12,996 nt of DNA, taken from assembly GCA_964632315.1 (NCBI GenBank), contig CAZWEM010000076.1, positions 1 through 12,996 on the forward strand, read 5' to 3'. The stretch is from an uncultured archaeon. GTDB lineage: Archaea > Asgardarchaeota > Lokiarchaeia > Sigyniarchaeales > SOKP01. The notes beneath the pieces are model-generated. The model searched no databases and was not told where the DNA came from. It saw only the letters and a list, made by a program, of their open reading frames with translations. Positions 7,914 through 12,996 of the stretch are shown here, piece after piece (the stretch's first letter is position 1; each line of letters opens with the position of its first letter). The translations under genes and the position numbers were made by a program.

Positions 7914-8266
7914 GATTAAATACTAAGCTTGTACCATGCTTTAAATGTTTTAGTAGAATCATGATTATTGCTTTTATGAAATGTTAAACAATCGAATTGG
8001 AGTATCGAAAATTGTATTGCTATTGACTAGAAAGGATTTAATTTATAACATTAACTAGATCATAAGAATTGATTAATTTCCCCTTAAAATTTTATCTTTC
8101 ACTAATCAACACGAATTATTATGATCTCTATCCTCGATTTGATTGATATATTGCTTATTGGAGAAATTCCTTTCCAATATTCTCAGAAATGCTAATAAAA
8201 TCCTAAATTGTTTGAAATCCAAATTAGATGAAAAGGACAAAATAATCCCCAATCTTATTAGTTTAC

Positions 8267-8290
8267 TATGTTTTATTTGCATAAAACGTA
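8267..8290 (+). promoter_or_regulatory. Inverted repeat upstream of the zincin-GNAT gene, candidate operator
   Basis: TATGTTTTAT-TTGC-ATAAAACGTA, arms matching 9 of 10, ending 41 bp before the ATG at 8332. Confidence 0.35.
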
Positions 8291-8331
8291 CATATACCTA
8301 TGTTTCATATTTGTTTTGGTGAAATTTTATC

Positions 8332-9711
8332 ATGAGTCGATTTTCAATTACATTCAATATTGAAACATTAGAAAAGATTGTCTTTGATCCTCATGGGGTT
8401 TTGAGAAATTACGACCAATTTTGGGAAAAAGAACGCCCAATGGTTCTTACCAAAAGATGGGCAGAGTCTGTTCATAAAGAGATTGATTACAATTTATGGA
8501 AAAAGAAATTGCTTGATTGGGCAGAATTTTCTGAGACTGAAAGGGTAGATCATAAAATCTACAAGACTGCAATTAATATTATTAAATCTAAAGATAAATT
8601 TTTAGATGAAGCAATTCCTCATATTAAATCATTTTTACCTGATGAAGCAGAATTGGATGTTCCAGTGGATTTTACCGCCTTTATTCCTTGCAATGCATTT
8701 GCATGGGAAGATGTTGTGGTCAATGTTGCTGATCCATATTGGAATTTTAATCCTGTTCGAATTTTAAACATGATTATCCATGAAGTCTTTCATGGTGGTC
8801 ATAGTTGGTATCGGCAATATTATCCAAAAGGATCCTATGGATCTGAAGCTCTTTTTATCATTTTAAGAAATCTTCAAGGGGAAGGGATCTGCAATTATGT
8901 ATCTTATACAGGTCAAAAAGTTTTTCCTGTTCTTGATGAACGCGATTATATAATGCTTGAAGATCCTGAAGAAGTAAAAAATGCCTTAGATCGAATAAAT
9001 CTGATTTTTTCACGAGTGAATGTCGATCCTGAAGAAAAACTCCGAGACTTAGCTTGGGATCTTGGTGTTAAACATAGAGCTTATTATGTGTTAGGTTCTT
9101 ACATGTGGCAAGCAATCGATCAGAAGTTAGGAAGAGCCGCATTAAAACGTATCCTATCTATTGACTTTACAACTTTTATTCATATTTATAATACTTTAGT
9201 TGATCCTTCATTACGGGTCATTCTTCCAAATATTGTTTTTACACCTGATAAGATAATTCCACCTAAAATAACTTTTCAAGCTATTGTACGTGAAAATTTA
9301 TTTGATGTGTTGAATTTAGACGTAAAACCCGAACAAAGAAAATTTGTCGCTTCTAATGCACGATCTATTGCACTTGCAAATTATTCTGAAAATGTATATT
9401 TCAAAGCAATTTATGCAGACGAGACACCAGTCGGTTTCATTATGCTTGCAGATCCAGGTAGGTTTGGAAATAGTCCCGAACGATATTTTCTATGGCGATT
9501 TATGATCGATCAGAAATATCAAAATCTTGGATATGGAAAAATGGCTTTAGATTTGCTTTGCAAATATGTAAGAACCCGTCCGAATGCAGAATATTTATAT
9601 GGCAGTTATCATCCTGAAACGAATGGTCCTGGAAAATTCTATAAACGCTACGGTTTTGAAGATATCGATGAAATGTGGGGTGATGAACAGGTGATGCGAT
9701 TTAAATTATAA
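8332..9711 (+). CDS. Fusion of a putative Zn-dependent metallopeptidase (DUF5700/DUF2268-like) and a C-terminal GNAT N-acetyltransferase (polyamine acetyltransferase-like)
   Basis: IIHEVFH (HExxH), a downstream QGEGICNY third-ligand motif and AYYVLGSYM...I. The C-terminal ~150 aa carry PEQRKFVASNARSIA, AIYADETPVGF, WRFMIDQKYQNLGYGK (acetyl-CoA motif A) and FYKRYGF. One continuous frame with a Pro-rich linker. Confidence 0.85.
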   Translation: MSRFSITFNIETLEKIVFDPHGVLRNYDQFWEKERPMVLTKRWAESVHKEIDYNLWKKKLLDWAEFSETERVDHKIYKTAINIIKSKDKFLDEAIPHIKSFLPDEAELDVPVDFTAFIPCNAFAWEDVVVNVADPYWNFNPVRILNMIIHEVFHGGHSWYRQYYPKGSYGSEALFIILRNLQGEGICNYVSYTGQKVFPVLDERDYIMLEDPEEVKNALDRINLIFSRVNVDPEEKLRDLAWDLGVKHRAYYVLGSYMWQAIDQKLGRAALKRILSIDFTTFIHIYNTLVDPSLRVILPNIVFTPDKIIPPKITFQAIVRENLFDVLNLDVKPEQRKFVASNARSIALANYSENVYFKAIYADETPVGFIMLADPGRFGNSPERYFLWRFMIDQKYQNLGYGKMALDLLCKYVRTRPNAEYLYGSYHPETNGPGKFYKRYGFEDIDEMWGDEQVMRFKL

Positions 9712-9908
9712 AGAATATCTTTTCATTACTTTATATTCTGGAACTATTCTTTTTATTGACAGATATATTATTCAAATCCGAAATTACTTGGGTATCTATA
9801 TATTAAAAAATTTTTTCGAGTCTTTTTCAAACTTCTCCATAAGGATGCCTTAATTATATTACTTTTTTTAATCCTAATTCTTCCTATAGTGACGATTCTT
9901 GTTTTTAA

Positions 9909-10271
9909 TTAAATATTAATTAATCGATAGGGAACCCCAAAAAAAGTATAAGCACTGATAAGAGTGAGGATCGCATTCATAGTGTCAACCACGTTAAAAT
10001 ATATGATTAATTCTCCCTTTCCATCGCATCTTTCATTAATCATTACTGACACGCTAGAACTTGTATTCTCAATTTGATCAATAAGATCTTGATGATTAGT
10101 CACGACTACTTGAACAGTAACGATATCTGGAAGAGCTTCACAAGATCTAGGTAATCCGTACAGATAAGATCGAGCAAGTATAAACCCAAAATAACCTACA
10201 GGAATCATTATTGTTATAGATATTGCCACAACAATTAGAACCAATCGAGCTGATCTACTTCTTAAATTCAT
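9909..10271 (-). CDS. Hypothetical membrane-anchored protein
   Basis: 120 aa with an N-terminal TM helix after basic residues, two Cys and a C-terminal TFFGVPYRL segment. Confidence 0.75.
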   Translation of the reverse strand: MNLRSRSARLVLIVVAISITIMIPVGYFGFILARSYLYGLPRSCEALPDIVTVQVVVTNHQDLIDQIENTSSSVSVMINERCDGKGELIIYFNVVDTMNAILTLISAYTFFGVPYRLINI

Positions 10272-10355
10272 AATCTAACTAGAAACGTATTTTTTAGTCC
10301 AGAATAATAATTGATAATGGAATAATTATTCTTTACTCGTATTTAAACTATAATT

Positions 10356-10376
10356 AAAAAAAAAAAAAAAAAAAAA
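10356..10376 (-). terminator. Oligo-T (T21 on the minus strand) directly after the response regulator stop
   Basis: A21 on the + strand abuts the TAA at 10377-10379. U-tracts are the usual archaeal termination signal. Confidence 0.55.
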
Positions 10377-11216
10377 TTAAAAATCTTTAACGTATTTAAA
10401 CAACACATCTAAATCCTTTAACTTTTCAATAGGTTTTATGATTACATCATCTGCTAAGGTACTTTCTAAAATTTTTTCTTTCTCAGATGGAGTAACCACT
10501 GCTGATATTAAGATAATAGGTATCCTACGATATTCTTCATTAGATTTTAGAATCCTACAGAACTGGTCTCCATTTAACTTACTCGTTTTTAAATTAATGT
10601 CTAGTAAAATGACCTTTGGAGTCAATTGCTTTAAAAGATAAAGTCCTTCATCTGAAGTTTCTATTGATTTAATATTAACTCCATTTCTTTTAAAATATGT
10701 ATCTAAAGACTTCCGCTCCAAATCATTATCTTCAATGTATAAGATATCAACCTTTTTCACAAATCTTACTAATTTTGGTTCTTCATATCTCTGCTTAACT
10801 AGGGTTTCTAATTCTTCAATTGCAACCTTTGCATTACTAAAGATAGTTAAAAACCGATCCGGCTCATCTAATAATTTTTCTAACATCAATACAGCGACTT
10901 TCAATGGTGAGATTTTTTGTTTTAGTTCTTCCTGAAAATTATCACCATCTTCATAGGCAATAATTGCGTCTCGGATGAATTGATCAAGTTGTTCTTCATT
11001 TAATTCACTACTTTCCTTCTTTGACTTCTTTTGATAACTAATAGTTGCATAATCGATGAAATTGCTCACACAACTTCTCATAATTTTTGCTTGGTTGCGC
11101 ACTCCGTGCTTTGACATGAATTGCTTTAATTTTGAATCAAGACTTGAATCCACGTACGTGTACCATTTTACGTCTTTTTTTAATTTCTTTTGGTTCATAT
11201 TAATGTTTTCAGTCAT
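10377..11216 (-). CDS. Response regulator: N-terminal RHH-like and DHp-like helical region, C-terminal receiver domain
   Basis: The REC residues are intact: ILYIED (E162/D163), VILLD (D206), IILIS (S238) and IIKP (K261). The start overlaps the kinase stop (TAATG at 11214-11218). Confidence 0.88.
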   Translation of the reverse strand: MTENINMNQKKLKKDVKWYTYVDSSLDSKLKQFMSKHGVRNQAKIMRSCVSNFIDYATISYQKKSKKESSELNEEQLDQFIRDAIIAYEDGDNFQEELKQKISPLKVAVLMLEKLLDEPDRFLTIFSNAKVAIEELETLVKQRYEEPKLVRFVKKVDILYIEDNDLERKSLDTYFKRNGVNIKSIETSDEGLYLLKQLTPKVILLDINLKTSKLNGDQFCRILKSNEEYRRIPIILISAVVTPSEKEKILESTLADDVIIKPIEKLKDLDVLFKYVKDF

Positions 11217-11971
11217 TAATCTTCACTCCATATAATTTTAAATTGAGGTATCAAGAGAATGAAATTACTACCTTTAGAATAATCTCCCTTAATTCGATCT
11301 TCTAAAGAGATCTTTCCACCACATAATTCTATTAATTTTGCAACTAGTGAAAGTCCAATTCCCATCCCTTTGGATAATTTGTGTTGATACTGTTCTCCTT
11401 GAAAGATTTTTTGCTTGTGATCATCCTCTATACCAATACCATTATCTTTAAACTCAAGCTTGACATAATCCCTATTGTTTTCTTCTATAACAGAGACATA
11501 AACGGTAATGTGAACTTTCTCGTTTTTATTATAGATAATTGAATTCATAATTAGATTTTCGAAAACGTCAAGCAATAGCTCATTTGCCATAACATAAAGA
11601 TTTCTTTGCTCAGGTAAGACTTTGAACTCAAATTTTTTATTGGAAAAATTAAGTTGAGCAAATTGGATAGCATTTCTTAGAGTTTGATAGATCTCTATAG
11701 GCTCTAATGGCATTTCATGGTCTTCTAACATTGAAAGACTTCGCACGTTATTTATGAGCTTCTTTCCCCGGTTTAACTGCTGGGCAATTAATTCAAAGTA
11801 ATCTATAATTTCCCTCACATTCATTTCATCTCTAAGTAAAGATTCACATATCTCAACTGAATTACTTATTATTTGAAACAAGTTTGAAACGTCATGAGTA
11901 AAGATACCTTTGAAACATTTAGTCCTGTAATATGCCTCTCGATAATCTTTTTCAAATTCAATTTGTTGCAT
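11216..11971 (-). CDS. Histidine kinase without a sensor domain (DHp + HATPase_c only)
   Basis: H-box FTHDVSN (H26), N-box VFENLIMNSIIY, G1 FKDNGIGI, F-box KIF and G2 GMGIGL. An AGGTG SD-like motif lies about 9 nt upstream of the ATG. Confidence 0.92.
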   Translation of the reverse strand: MQQIEFEKDYREAYYRTKCFKGIFTHDVSNLFQIISNSVEICESLLRDEMNVREIIDYFELIAQQLNRGKKLINNVRSLSMLEDHEMPLEPIEIYQTLRNAIQFAQLNFSNKKFEFKVLPEQRNLYVMANELLLDVFENLIMNSIIYNKNEKVHITVYVSVIEENNRDYVKLEFKDNGIGIEDDHKQKIFQGEQYQHKLSKGMGIGLSLVAKLIELCGGKISLEDRIKGDYSKGSNFILLIPQFKIIWSED

Positions 11972-12134
11972 TTTTTTTTACACCTAATTTTTCTTAATAT
12001 AGAGATATGAAATGGTTTTATTATAGTTTTTAAGTTCTTACTTTTAACGAAGTTCGAATTATTGACCGAATTATGATAATGAAATAAAAAGCAAATTATC
12101 AAAAATTAAAGATAAAGATCATATAAATTCTCAT

Positions 12135-12758
12135 ATGAGGAGAATAGTACTTTTTTCAACACCAGAATTAAATGATAAATTTTCAGAAATACTAAGCTTA
12201 ATATTTCCATCAGAAATTAGTGAAAAAAAGCACTTTTTATGCCGTCCCAAGGTGTTCCTAATACTCAACAGAAATTTTTTGATGAATGGAATGGATATGC
12301 AAAAGAATACAACGTTCAGCTTGAATATATCGATAATACTGCAGTAGATAGACGAAAAGAAATTAAAAAACTTAACAGATCAAATATATTAATTACTTCT
12401 GGAGGAAACCCATTTAAACTCCTTCGAAATTTACGAAATTATGGATTAGATAAAGCAATTGTCAAATTTACTAGGAAAAAAGAGTTCATTCTAGTTGGAT
12501 ATAGTGCAGGAGCTCTAATCCTAACCCCTTCATTATTTATTGCTAAATTTATCTCTGAGAAAGATCCAGATAGAATAAGATATATATCTCAAATTATTCT
12601 TAATAATTTAACTGGATTGGGTACTGTAAAATTTGAAATAATCCCCCATTATTCTAAAACAAAGCATGAGGAAATTCTCAAACAATATATTTTTTGAGTA
12701 AAATAGCAGAGTGGTGAAAACGATTACTTATGATGAATATATAGTGATCAATTACTAA
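12135..12758 (+). pseudogene. Peptidase S51 (dipeptidase E-like, class I GATase-like fold), frameshifted
   Basis: ILITSGGNPFKL, the nucleophile motif VGYSAGA and the catalytic IIPHY. The N-terminus MRRIVLFST...ISEKK (from 12135) joins ALFMPSQG by adding one A to the A7 run at 12223-12229. After the premature TGA at 12695-12697 another frame gives a plausible tail NSRVVKTITYDEYIVINY* (TAA 12756-12758), itself preceded by a stop. Confidence 0.75.
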
Positions 12759-12996
12759 AAAAGCGAACTAATTCTATCATCTAATTTAAATCTTAAGTCT
12801 CCCAAGATTGCATCTATTTTTTTATTGAATTCTGTAAAAATCTCCACATCTTCACAAATTATTTCATGAATTTCAAAATCGTTTAAAAAGGCATTAAGTA
12901 TTTCCTTTAAATGCTTCTTTACAAATGAAGGATCAGTTTCTTTCTCAATAATCGCAAATATTAGCAACGGGTCAGCATTATCAAGATCTGTAATTG
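12755..12996 (-). CDS. 5'-partial protein, C-terminal part of a probable longin-like domain
   Basis: The frame is open to the window edge (...ITDLDNADPLLIFAIIEKETDPSFVKKHLKEILNAFLNDF...FTEFNKKIDAIL...), so the track's TTG start is not the real start. The pattern beta-strand, amphipathic helix LxxIxxxFxxxF, then FxxFxxxIxxIL resembles Asgard longin-like domains. Confidence 0.55.
   Translation of the reverse strand, partial: ITDLDNADPLLIFAIIEKETDPSFVKKHLKEILNAFLNDFEIHEIICEDVEIFTEFNKKIDAILGDLRFKLDDRISSLF

Noticed and set aside
7914-8266. Long intergenic region as an ncRNA or hidden gene
   Set aside because: It has only short ORFs and weak AT-rich hairpins, with no GC-rich structured segment. 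It is consistent with a divergent promoter region.
11869-12102. 77-aa minus-strand ORF as a frameshifted sensor domain of the kinase
   Set aside because: It is a low-complexity AT-rich translation with no PAS, GAF or TM character. The kinase has its own AGGTG motif and ATG.

Overview
AT-rich archaeal window. From about position 284 onward the gene content looks like an Asgard (Loki/Promethearchaeota-type) accessory region; this taxonomy is inferred from motif style, not from a search. It holds tandem MDR-family oxidoreductases, a double Lrp/AsnC regulator, and a TetR / EFR1-type flavodoxin-ferredoxin / small membrane protein operon with a clear palindromic operator. It also holds a zincin-GNAT fusion, a sensor-less histidine kinase coupled to an unusual RHH-like / pseudo-DHp / REC regulator, and a partial longin-like protein. 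The ORF track misses three things. (1) Bases 1-283 encode the end of GatE and the start of an aspartyl-tRNA synthetase, which collide head-on with a truncated MDR gene at a microhomology junction (chimera or illegitimate recombination, possibly DPANN-type DNA). (2) An internally duplicated 4-TM protein at 3582-3932 has an in-frame TGA exactly where the second repeat has Gly, followed by a coupled 27-aa peptide. (3) A kelch beta-propeller gene and a peptidase S51 gene are each split by several lesions. I saw no rRNA, tRNA, CRISPR array or transposase.
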